The notes beneath the pieces are model-generated. The model searched no databases. It saw only the letters and a list, made by a program, of their open reading frames with translations, and was not told where the DNA came from. Positions 28,381 through 40,519 of a DNA stretch of 64,000 nt are shown here, in pieces. The translations under genes and the position numbers were made by a program. Every line of letters starts with the position of its first letter. The first letter of the stretch is position 1. The DNA comes from Octopus vulgaris. Its lineage: Eukaryota. The stretch spans positions 28,830,001 through 28,894,000 of the forward strand of contig OX597823.1 in the NCBI GenBank assembly GCA_951406725.2, read 5' to 3'.

Positions 28381-28821
28381 CACTCAGAGAATACGCTGTG
28401 GTGCACGTCTTGTTTCTAGTTAGTTGGTGTATTGCAATCGATGCATAAAGCATTGAAGATGACTTAAGATATTCTAAATGCTGTAATCAAATATACAAAT
28501 ATGCATTTGCAATTATATAAATTATTAATTACTGATAATTAGTATCGGGAAAGTGCTTTAGGTAATGAGTGAATTAATATTAGCATTACAAAGCAGTCAT
28601 TATTTAAATTTTGACGTGCAGATAATGCTTCCCTGATTGACCGATTAATAGTTAAGAAACTTAAGCTCTTCACTATTGGCAAGATGTTTAATTCAAAGGA
28701 AGAGAGACAAATATTATGCACAGTTGTGTGTACAGTCTTAATGATCTTACTTTAATTTCAGCTGTCTGCTCTGGGCTACATTAAAATGGATCTTATCTCG
28801 TCGTTTGCACTGCGAGGCATA

Positions 28822-29290
28822 CACGTGTGGAAAGGGCTGATAAGTTCATAGGCCGACTATGAAGGAGTGATGCTAGAGCTGTGAAATCTTGCAGACGTTA
28901 ATTTCAACTCTTCTTATTAATAACTGTATTGTTTATTTCCAAGCTAAATTGATATCTGACTGTTCAAAGAAGACTTCAGAAGTCATTGGTTATGGTTGCA
29001 TTATAAAGCACTTACAAGGACATTCATGCTGACACGGTTGTTACATTAGGGGATGATGCTCCAGCTTTATCAACGACGCTAAAATCGGGCAGCTGAAATT
29101 TGGAGGGAAAGGGAGAGTCTTGAAGATGACTCAAGATCGAGATTCCAGCAATGGCCACCACCGAGGAAACATTAATCGTATTCAGCACACGGTGATGAAT
29201 GACAAGCGACTCTCATTTTCACAAAGCACTTCTTAAATTACTCTCAAACATCTGTGAAAACGCCATATTGTACACAGGCACACACACACA

Positions 29291-29324
<34 letters not shown>

Positions 29325-29440
29325 TACATACACGCAAATGCACGTACTATAACACATTTATAGTATATGGCTTATACTATAAGCATATCTCGTGAGATAG
29401 TTGAGAATATTCTGCACAATGATTTTGGCATGAAGAAAAA
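28822..29440 (+). mobile_element. mariner 5' end and N-terminal transposase fragment, interrupted at ~29213-29378
   Basis: DIHAD..VTLGDDAPALST...ESLEDDSR...ATTEE and ISISRE.VENILHNDFGMKK, read across frameshifts, match the mariner HTH region. Confidence 0.8.
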
Positions 29441-30316
29441 TATCGATCTGTTCTTACTGTCGACTGAAATATCATACAAAAAGTATATACTACTTGTGTA
29501 TCTGTATTATTGAAACAAATGTTTATCAACGATCAGTTTAAATTTTAATCCTGAGTTAACATAGCAACACTCATAACAAGTGTATCAATAAATTTATAAA
29601 TGTAACCTAGCTGATAATTCTAAAACCAAAATATTAAGCCTAATTGGTATATGTGAGATTTGAATATATAATTAACTAATTTACATATCTATTTAAATAT
29701 TCAACGCGTTGTTGTTCTAAAGAATATTATTCAGCGCAGAAGTACAAGTAACTACCATACGATGTCTAATCAGTGTGCCACTTATAGAACTTGAAATTTT
29801 TCATAAATGCATACAAATTAGCTCTATTTGCTGATGGAATTTTTGACATAATAAAAATTTCATATTTCAGAGTTTATTGTACAAATAAGCAATAGATAAC
29901 ACTTTTTTATTTTATGTATAGTGAAAACGTTGTAAAAGTGTGCTATCTGATGTATTTTGTAGTCAATTTATGTCCCAAATTTATGAAATATAGAAAATTA
30001 TAAAACACAGAACAACGTTTTGTTCTCTTTCTTTAAAGATTTTTTGGTATAATTAATAATATCTAATTTAATAAAGTCTTTCTTCAAATATTGCGTCTAC
30101 AATTATAAATAAATGCATACATACACACCATCGCACATGCACACACCCGCAATCACGCACACACATATGTGTAGAAAGAAGTGCAGAAAGCAATTAATAG
30201 CGAAAGAATTCATAAAATACGAAGATATGTAAAATGCTTTTATATGGAAATCTTTTGAAAAACTATTTGTCTGCTTTACTACGTAAACCAATTTATGTCC
30301 ACAGGCATTTTCATAT

Positions 30317-30507
30317 CACGGAATTTTGTCAGTGAACAGGTCGTGGTCTCAAAGCGACGAAAATATTTTGGCAAATTAAATTTAAATGTTGAAGTAAATC
30401 TAATGGTTTCTTAAATGGCTTATAAACACCTTCCACGCTGTAATTGTTTTCGTTCCAGCATACGATCTCATATCAGGTCATTTGCTATGCAAATCCATCT
30501 CCGTAAC
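30317..30507 (+). mobile_element. Short repeat (same family as 18503-18767) with hammerhead-like motif at 30325-30375
   Basis: Clear sequence homology between the two loci. Confidence 0.7.
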
Positions 30508-31320
30508 ATTTTTATATCTCCAATGCAAAACTTTATTTTTTGTCAAATTGTATTTCAAGTCATGTTTCACTTCTTTGAAAGAAATTGAAATTACTATATG
30601 ATCACAACTCTAAGTTTTTCACCCACTGCTGGCAATATCTTTAAAATTCGATTAGCTTTGAACATACACCATGTTCTAAAACCTCCTGCAGTCAATTTGT
30701 GTGTGAAGACATTTCATTTTGGTTCACAACAGTTCCTGATAATATTCTACAACTTTCTAGGTTCGGTTAGAACTGATTTAGATGAGGCAGGGAATTAGCC
30801 TCATCGCAAACATTTTAATGTGATATTTTAATGACCAAATGAAGAATAGGGACCACATACATCGTTATATCAACAGTTTTAATTGCTAAAACAAAAGTTT
30901 TCTGACAGTCTGTGGTTTTAGAAAATCGATTGTAACAAATATTTGCTTGGAGCAAGAATTAATTCACCTAATCGTTCTCGTAATCAAATAGGTTTTATTC
31001 TCACAAGCATCAGCGCTGGTTATATATAAACAGTTAATCTAATAGCTTCTATAAATCTATTTATCAAGTGCAACCAGGAAACATTATATATATGTCTCCA
31101 GACGAAGATTCTTTTTCGAATCATTAGACATCACTCGTCGCTAAAACAATATATTTTATTTTCAATTGTGTGTGCTCATTATTCGCCAACGCTAATCATA
31201 ACTAGTTTTCTAGAACCCTGTTGTTACTTTGTACTCACGCCTAATTACATCAAACTAGGTTGACAACCATTAAAGTTAACTTTATTTTAAATTCTATTGA
31301 AGTTAACTAATGCTGATTAT

Positions 31321-31993
31321 CACCTTGATCACCTTGACAGACCAGTCCGTCGGGCGTTCATTTGACACCGCTGGTCACAGCACGTTGTCTACTCCTCTCT
31401 GGATCGCGCCTTTCTCATCCACGTGATCCCAATCGTCCTCCTTAAATCGTAACTCCACCGACGTGGAGGCCTTCCGGGTGGTCGTTTCCGCTCGCGCGGG
31501 TACCACTCGACAACTGCGCGGGTCCACCGATTATCGGTGAACCGGGCGACGTGTGCAGCCCATCTAAACTTGCTGCGTGTATACTCTGCGATGACATCCC
31601 TCACTCCGGACTTCTTTCTGATGACCTCGCTACTGATGTGTTCTCTCAACGAAACACCAAGCATTGACCTTTCCATGGCTCTTTGAGCCGTTACCAGTCT
31701 CTGGTCTTCTCTCTTTGTGGTAGACCATGTTTCACTACCATATAACATTGCAGGTACAACTGTACTGTTGATGAAGTTGGCGCGGGTGGTCCTGTCCAAC
31801 CTTCCCTTGAGCACATCCCTTATGCCATTAAACGCCTTCCATCCGGCCTTTACTCTCCGTGAGATCTCCTTTTCGATATCTCGACACATATTCACTTCCT
31901 GTCCCAGGTAGACATATTCCTTTACCTCCTCTATTTCATCACTGCCGATCATCATTCGACCTGTTGGTACGTTATCTGACCACAAGAACTTCG
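31321..31993 (-). mobile_element. 5'-truncated RTE-clade LINE, young, with 14-bp TSD
   Basis: Uninterrupted 198-aa ORF (EYVYLGQ, MLYGSETW, RWAAHVAR, RPPGRPPRRW). Short tandem tail (TCAAGGTGA)2. TSD ctaatgctgattat at 31307-31320 and 32027-32040. Confidence 0.93.
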
Positions 31994-32171
31994 TAATATA
32001 TAACGAAAATATAATCAGTGTTAGGGCTAATGCTGATTATATTTACGTTGATTCATGTTTAATTCAGTTGCCGCCAACTTACAAACCAGAAATATAATCG
32101 TCACCGCATCTCGCTTCCTACAATTCTTGAAACTGTATGATAGTGAAATGCCTAAACATTGACAATCTGTC

Positions 32172-32485
32172 GGTTTAAACGAAATGAGTTCCAGTTGATC
32201 CGATCAACAGAACAGCCTATTACTGGAATTAACGTGTAAATAACTGAGACCTCCACAGACGCGCGTACCCTTAACGTAGTTCTCAGGACGATTCAGCGTG
32301 ACACACAGTGTGACAAGGCTGGCCTTTGGAAATACGAGTGCAACTCATGTTTGCGATCTGAGTGGACTGGAGCAAAAGTGAAATAAAGTATCTTGCTCAA
32401 GGACACAACCTGCCGCCGAGAATCGAACTCTCAACTTTATGATCGTCAGCCGAATAACGTAACCACTAAGCCACCGGCATTCACT
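32172..32485 (-). mobile_element. SINE family C
   Basis: Reverse match to 61128-61400; tRNA head with gagttcgattctc. Confidence 0.85.
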
Positions 32486-32769
32486 CCCTATACACTGAAG
32501 TACCAATCATATCTCGTAACAGCTTTGGAATTTATAAAGGCGTTGCAATAGTGCAGCACAGAAAAGCATGAAACGAAAATACGTCGATGAAATACCCAAC
32601 AATAGGTACATGAAAAAATTCCTCATGAAAAATGTCCATTGCAGAGGAATTTGAAAGTCTTCAAGGCAAAAATACTTCTTCATCGATTCAGCATTAACTC
32701 TAAGAAGGGTCCAAATGTTCAAGTTGCATGCTGGAGAATAATATGTGTAAATAATATATCTGTAAAAGT

Positions 32770-33176
32770 AAGGCAGCGACCTGGCAGAATCGTTAGCACG
32801 CCAGGCGTAATGCTTAGCGGTATTTCGTCTGCCGCTACGTTCTGAGTTCAAATTCCGTCGAGGTCGACTTTGCCTTTCATCCTTTCGGGGTCTCTTAAAT
32901 AAGTACCAGTTACGCACTGGGGTCGATATAATCGACTTAATCCGTTTGTCTGCCCTTGTTTGTCCTCTCTGTGTTTAGCCACTTGTGGGTAGTAAAGAAA
33001 TAGATATTTCGTCTGTCTTTACGTTCTGAGTTCAAATTCCGTCAAGGTCGACTTTGCCTTTCATCCTTTCGGTTTCGATAAATTAAGTACCAGTTGCGTA
33101 CTGGGGTCGCTTAATTGATTGCCGCCCCCACTCCCTGAATATTTCCGGCCTTGTGCCTAGATTAGAAAAGAGTATT
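32770..33176 (+). mobile_element. Dimeric SINE family A
   Basis: The central segment tatttcgtctg..gagttcaaattcc..gtcgactttgcctttcatcctttcgg occurs twice, each followed by a different tail. Confidence 0.88.
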
Positions 33177-33229
33177 ATGTTGCTAAAGAATTCTTCATTG
33201 TCTTTCATAGAAACTACTCTCCTGCAATA

Positions 33230-33685
33230 AAAACAGACAATGCCCTCGGTATTGAATACTTGCTAACACAAGGAATGTCGATGTAACGTTAATATTAGCT
33301 CTTCTATGAAGAATTAATATTAAATAGCAGGTCTGATGTATTTGATTGCGGTGTGAGGGAAGAAAAATCATGTACCGTCACGGAGATCAAATTACCTGCA
33401 GGTGTGAAGATTTGTTCCAAAATCAATAAACAGGAGAATATTTATGAACACCTTCTTCGAAACTGTATATTTCGAAGAAGGTTTTCATAAATATTCTACC
33501 TGATTTTAGAATCTCATTTGTATAAATAACTATTGGTGCTTTCGACTATGTTAGTAAACGCCAAAATGATGATCTCGGAAAGTTGGCAATTCTAAAGAAA
33601 GTTGATCAGTTATTTATGCAACATACAAACAGAGCCTGTGACCAGAATAAACAAATTATGCAAGATATTTTCTAAAGTTCAACAC
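33230..33685 (+). mobile_element. Decayed R4/Dong-like LINE endonuclease fragment
   Basis: REEKSCTVTEIKLPAGVKICSKINKQENIYEHLLRN..LPDFRISFV*ITIGAFDYV is a REL domain remnant. Confidence 0.65.
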
Positions 33686-33889
33686 CTAACATCCAATATC
33701 TTTTTTCTCGGCAGATGTAGATCTTATTTTTTGTTTTTTATTATTAATTTTTCAAGTAGATCCTTTGCAGGAAAAAATCAAATAATCAAAAAAAAAAAAC
33801 AGGAAAGAAAATATATACATACTTCAATAGGTAGATACAGAGGTACATAAATATATACATAAATACATTTATTTATACTAAAGGCATCA

Positions 33890-34025
33890 CTACACGTAAA
33901 TGCCTCACGCTATTAGGGACACTTAAAGTCAAACCTACCATAATAAATACACAGGATACACTGTGTATTTATTATGGTAGGTTTCACTTTAAGAGTCCCT
34001 AATAGCGTGAGGCATTTACGTGTAG
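33890..34025. repeat. Near-perfect hairpin: 65-bp arms, 2 mismatches, 6-nt loop
   Basis: 33890-33954 is the reverse complement of 33961-34025. Confidence 0.95.
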
Positions 34026-34876
34026 GAATGGCCTTAAAATGAATAAATAAATATATTTAAAGGGAATAATTATAAATTTTTCACGCTGACTACTTGACAA
34101 ATGTTTATAAAGATTTTATCCTATTTTAAAAAACATACATAAATATATACGTATATAGGTGTGTGTATGTGTGTATATGTGAGCATATTGTGGGTGTGTC
34201 ATTTATCGATCCTTCGACGCTGTTGAACAACGAATACCAACCGATCAGGATTCAGGGTACGGGTAGCGCTAATCATCCTTTCGATCGCTGAGTACAAAAC
34301 CTATCTCGCAATTCATCAGTTTGGGTCATCTCACCCCTTGTAGGCCAATCCATCGCAAAGTTACCAATATCTAGATGAGGGAACTGGGGCAATGTGGAAG
34401 TGTTTCACTCAAGAATCCACATCTGCTTTGGGAATGGTAACCACGATCTCGCGGTCGTGAAAGCAACACTAGCCCACACATGTGTATGTAGGTGTGTATG
34501 GTTTTGTGACTGTGTGTATTCATATGCGTACAAAAGGCCACGGTATTTCTCAAGCAACATGGCAAAAGTGTGAATATAACGTCTTTGCACGTTAATGCCG
34601 TTAAATGTAATTCAGAATAGTGTGGCAGAAAATAAGTTTTTAGATGTTTTTATAGATTTTAATGCTAAGCCGTAATTTTAGAGTCAAAAGAAAGAAAGAA
34701 AAAGACGGACAGACAAATAGATAGATACTCAAAAAAGTCTGAATTTACTTGAAATGAGCATTACTCATTGGTATGCGAACATTGTTTAGGCAAACGTATT
34801 CCGATTCTAGATCCATCATCAGATTAGTTATAAGAGTGTGTGTTCGTGTAGTCTGAGTCTCTCAAGAATTTTAGAA

Positions 34877-35079
34877 TAATAAGGTAGTCAGAATGTCGGA
34901 TGATTATATATATATATTTTTTTTTATTTACATTTTATTCACATTTTTAGCGCTTTCTTCCGTTATCTAACTTTAAAGCAAATTTTGATAAATCCGATAA
35001 CGGAAGAAAGCATTAAACATTGAAATAAAATGTAAATAAAAAATATATGTAATCATCCAACAGTCTTACTACCTTATTA
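34877..35079. repeat. Imperfect fold-back repeat (~85-90-bp arms), MITE-like
   Basis: taataaggtagt..ggatgatta..gctttcttccgttatc versus gataacggaagaaagc..taatcatcc..actaccttatta. Confidence 0.85.
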
Positions 35080-35088
35080 AAATGTATG

Positions 35089-35124
<36 letters not shown>

Positions 35125-35174
35125 TGCATACAAACGTATATATCTATATATTTATACAGATATACGTATATACT

Positions 35175-35570
35175 CTTTACTCATTTACTCTTTTACTTGT
35201 TTCAGTCGTTTGACTGCGGCCATGCTGGAGCACCGCATTTAGTCGAAGAAATGGACCCCGGACATATTCTTTGTAGGCCTAGTACTTATTCTATCGGTCT
35301 CTTTCGCCGAGCCACTAAGTTAAGGGGACGTAAACACACCAGCATCTGTTGTCAAGCGACGTTGGGGGATAAACAAACACACATACACACATACATATAC
35401 ATATCTACGACAGGCTTCTTTCAGTTTCCGTCTACCAAATCCACTCACAAGGATTTGGTCGGCGCGAAGCTATAGTAGAAGATACTTGCTCAAGGTGCCA
35501 TGCAGTGGGACTGAACCCGGAACCATGTGGTCGGTAAGCAAGCTACTTACCACAAGGCGAGTCCTGCACG
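35175..35570 (-). mobile_element. SINE family B
   Basis: Full reverse match to 18879-19319. Confidence 0.9.
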
Positions 35571-36858
35571 TATTAATCGATCCTCCGTACCCTCAGTCCC
35601 GATCGGTTCGTATATATAATGATTAAATGTTCGAGATATGAAATGTTATGTGGATGAGCTTATATTTGTTTGTTCTGAAACCATAGTTTAATATATATAT
35701 GTATATATATATATGTATATATACCGTCAAATTTCAATGTTCTCCTTGTAGTTAATTGTAGGTTTGAATATTTTGTTCTCTGCATATTTACGTTTTATTG
35801 TCTGCAAACATCATTTTAATTGTTCGCCGGTGAGAATACAGTTCCTAGAAAGGCTAGAGATATTTCAAGGATTGCTTTGGTCCGGCGGTGGAACGTTTGT
35901 CATGTTTACAGGTTATGTGGATTCGAGTCCCAAGGAGTATCCTTTCGATGTTTTCAGACCAAAGGAGCTTTTACAACTCAAACTTTACATGATCCTATTT
36001 TATGTAACGTGCTAAGAGAGATTATATCCAAACCAAAAATTTCCATATATATATAAGATGGATCTTTGACTAACTTCCTCAATAGCAATCATGAGAAGCT
36101 ACGATTCATAAACCCAGAAAGAATACGTCTAATCAGAAAATAGTACCTACAAGTTATCAAATGTACATTAAAACATGTAAAAGATTCATGAATTTCAGCA
36201 TACCGTAATATCTACATAAACATTGCCATCCATGTTCTCGCGCATGCGTATATGTACGTATGAAAATTTAATAGCATACGTTTGTGATGGCATCCTTGTT
36301 TGTATACATATGTCTATACGTGCAAAGAAACATTCAATGCAAGAGTCCTGCTTCAGAGGTTATAAATGATTTTTTGTGTGATAAAACCAACAACGAACAT
36401 ACAGACAACATACATACAATCATTCAAAGATGAATTCATACACACACACATATACATATGCTTGTATATAAATGCTCGCTTACACATGCATACGAAATAA
36501 TCGAGAAATGCTAATAAATTATAATATGTAATATGTATTATATGGTCAAACTATACACAGTAAAAATACTAATGTCATTACAAATATCCAACATATAGCC
36601 CTTTGCTGGGGATGAGAAATTTCCATAGTGAGAGCTTTGTTCCTTAGTCGGAGCTTAACCCATTTTTATAGACAAAATTCAAAGTCTTTCTTGAATAAAT
36701 TCAAAGAACAGAAAAAGATACGTAAGTGTATCAGCCATTATAAAAACAAACGTTCATATATTTCGTATCTTTTGACAGAACAGTCTTTTCTTTGGAAAGA
36801 AAGCGCATGAAGACCGTTGTAGAATAAATGTTTAATAAAACAGTAATATAGTGCTTAC

Positions 36859-36925
36859 CATAAAATGTGTTAAAGACACGAAGGATTTTGTTCTTTTGGA
36901 AATCGGAAAGTTGTTGGTTTGACAT
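36859..36925 (-). CDS. First coding exon of calexcitin (SCP-type EF-hand Ca2+-binding protein); whole exon probably 36859-36980 including 5'UTR
   Basis: Translates MSNQQLSDFQKNKILRVFNTFY, nearly identical to the squid calexcitin N-terminus as I recall it (MAAHQLSDFQRNKILRVFNTFYD). Ends phase 1 at a canonical donor TATG|GTAAGC (GT at 36858-36857). Upstream acceptor ttatttttatcctacag|AAATC at 36981. Confidence 0.9.
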
Positions 36926-37111
36926 GTTGCTTTGTTACTTGGTAATGTTTCCTTAACGGAGAAGAATAGACCAAAGATTTCTGTAGGATAAAAATAAGAT
37001 AAACAATAGATAAATGCATGACTCTTCAAAAGAAAAAAAAGAAAATAGTTACATATATAGATAAATATATTCACGTGTGTGTGTATGCATATGTATGGGT
37101 GTTCATCTGGA

Positions 37112-37176
<65 letters not shown>

Positions 37177-38409
37177 GTTTGTATTTGTGTGAGTGCGTAT
37201 GTATTTGTATATATTTGTGTGCATGTGAAAAAAAAACAGGGAAATACTAGCATACAGATTAGCGAGAGATATACATATATAACGATAGATTGACAGGCGC
37301 ACATAAAGATGCTGAAATGATGTCGACACTAAATATATTCGATCTTTGAAGTAAACGTGTAAGTCAAACACATACGCACGTACATATAAAGTTTTGGACA
37401 GCATAGCATCAACAGTGTCTCTTTATTGTAATAGCTAATATATGGTTACACTTCCATTCTGCTTCTTTGCATGGTGAGCACAAGATGGATGGTTTATGGG
37501 TTTTGTAACTGTGTTGTTTTCACCAAATCTTACGAAAGTATATGTAAATGAGGCCGTTGAAACTCGTAACATGTTCGTCACTCACCACAGCACACCAACA
37601 ATCAACTTTATGCCACAAAATTTCTTTTATATCTGCATACTCTATCGCTTCCTAATAAAAATAGATTGTAAAAAAAAAAACATTAAACCTTTCCGCTTGT
37701 TCTGCTCAAGTCCCCACACGGTGCACCAGATCTCCATCTCTCCATCATCTTCAGTGTGTGTTACCCTATACACGGTGCGCTAATACCTTCTTACCCATTC
37801 TTCCGTAGCACATCTGTCCTCCAAATTTTTTACTTCTACTCCACATACGTTCCTTCAAATATTCTGATTTAACTATGACTCTTTGGTCACGAATGTGTTA
37901 CAGACACCAAGAAGGGAACTCTAGCTTTGCTAATAATTTAGTCAGGTGGGAAAGCGCAATGTCCGTGTCCAAGTTGCTATTCACGGCCTCTGAAACTGGT
38001 GGGGAAGAAGCGAGAATATCAACTCCACTTCGAATAGCTCATAAATAAACCCGCTAAGGTCCGAAGGAAATTATTAAAGGGTGGTGCATTGCTATACCAA
38101 GATGTAATTAAATATGCTTCTAAAATAAAATTCCTGCAGCTGGATATTTCACTTTGGTAATAAATTCCATGAACAAATTTATCAGTTACGTGTATAATGC
38201 TTAATTTATTAGACACTCTCTGGTATATTAGGTAACATGACCTCCTAATAATTATGTTCTTTTTGTATTTCCCAAGTTAACATTTGTAATGTTTAATATA
38301 CTTCAAAGGAAAATATTCAAACAATTGATTCTTAAACTGTTCATGTGCAGTAGTAAATCTCCATCTGATGCTGGATAGCTGACAAATTATTTATAAAACA
38401 AGTGCGATA

Positions 38410-38862
38410 CTTATGGCGGTAGCGGTAAATTGACGCCATTTTATATTTTTTTTATTTTGCGCATGCACATTGGTTTTTTTTATTTTGTCGACTACACAGT
38501 ATAGTAGGGTCTCCTGGGCACCATCTGTATGATAAATAGCCCCATTACGCAATTCGCTCTGACAGGAATTTGGAAACGATATACTGTACTGCTTGACTGT
38601 ATTGCGCCGGAAGCTCTAACGCAAACATTTCAGAGTGTTTTGGTGTCAGTCTGAGGATAGTGCAATCTGAATACATATACCAAGAGTGATAAAAATCAAA
38701 CATCCAGTCAATATCATGGTGGCTGGATTGATCATTACTGATGGCGATGTTTTGCCTCCATTCATCTTCCCACATGGCCTCAGACTCAACACGGAGGCCT
38801 TTATAAAATGGCTGGAGGAGGTAGAGCTGCCCTGGGTCAAGAGGGCAGCCAGACGGAGGAAA
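38410..38862 (+). mobile_element. Internally deleted Tc1/mariner-superfamily (maT-like) element, 5' part
   Basis: KHPVNIMVAGLIITDGDVLPPFIFPHGLRLNTEAFIKWLEEVELPWVKR; same family as 44089-44984. Confidence 0.8.
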
Positions 38863-39819
38863 TATCTTCATTTATATAGAGGATCAAAAATAAGATCACA
38901 AATGGCAAAAATAGAAACGAACACGCAATCCGGCGAGAGAAGTATATATATTTGGTGGGTTTTTGGTCATATCTGCACATGGGTATCTCCATTTGGAATG
39001 ATCATCTCCAAGGAAGAATCCGGGGCAATTTTTTCTAGTGAAAACTAACTATTTTCCATTCGTGGCAAACTCCGTTTTTCCGTATCAACAATGATATTCA
39101 GTGGTTTTACCATCAGTGTGTAAAAAAACAACAGGAGATCCCACAAAACATTGTTTACAATTCCAACCTTTCCGCTAAGGTACCCCGCTGGATTAGTTCT
39201 TCGTTATCGTCCCTCAATGACTGAAGGTGAAACTGATTGCAGTAGGATTTGCGCTCATTCTAATCAATGCAATTCTGTTATCTATGCTCTTCGTCTCTTG
39301 TTGTCGATTATAACACGCAGGATTGCCTTTTATATCTGGTCTTGTCTGGTTTGGTCTGGCCACTTGTGATGTGCTCGGTTCGTACGTGTTTGATGAGATC
39401 TATCGGGACACAGAATTCTTTTCATAGCACAGGTCTGGCATGGAACGCCATATTTAACGCAAACAGGGTCACACATCCAAAGGCAAAGATTTTAGACCAT
39501 CAACAATATGGTCAACCTTACTCTTTACTCTTGGATAATAAGAACGCTGGCACAAAACCAGTAATTCTTCATGCATAATTACATTCAAATTAATTTTGGG
39601 TAAATATATTCTTAACGTAACAGTCTGCTAAATGTCCAGTGGGTTGAGTACTGATCTCTTCTCTTTTCTTTTCTGCAGCGCAGGAATCAAAAAGCAATCC
39701 ACATGCATACATACATACGTACATACATACATACATACATACATACATACATACATACATACATACATACATGCATACATACATACATGCATACATACAT
39801 GCTTGCATGCATACAGACA

Positions 39820-39857
<38 letters not shown>

Positions 39858-40483
39858 TGCGCGCGCGTGTGTAAGGATATATGTGTATATATGTATACAT
39901 ATATATGTGCATATATATATATACACACATATATATATATACATACATATATATACATACACATATATGTATACATACATATATATGTATATATATATAT
40001 ATACATATATGTATATATACATATATATACATATATATATATGCATATATATGTATATATACATTCATATATATGTCTATATACATTTATATATCTGTAT
40101 ATGTATGTATGTATATATATATATGTATATATGTATGCATGTGTGTAAACGAACACTTGTTAGGAAAGTGCGCAGCAAAAGAGAAACCTAGTTTCTACTT
40201 CATAAAATAGTGTTTCTCTTTTTTCTCCTTCATTGAAAATTTTGAAGCTAATAGAGAGTCTTTGTAATGCTAATTCCTACACGACAGCTTCTGGAATTTA
40301 TCACCAACATCAGTAAAATATTTGGCATTTTAGAGACCGTAATAACCATAAAAAATACTCTACACTCCCTGAATAATTCCTGTCCTTCTTTATCTCCCCT
40401 ACATTCTTCCTCGCCTATTTTTCCCCTTCTCCCATGTTGCTGTTTGCATGTACATATATAGGGACACATATACGTATATATAC

Positions 40484-40519
<36 letters not shown>

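Noticed and set aside
36731-36858. C-terminal part of the ORF-track 64-aa ORF
   Set aside because: Read-through into the intron past the GTAAGC donor; calexcitin similarity stops at the donor.
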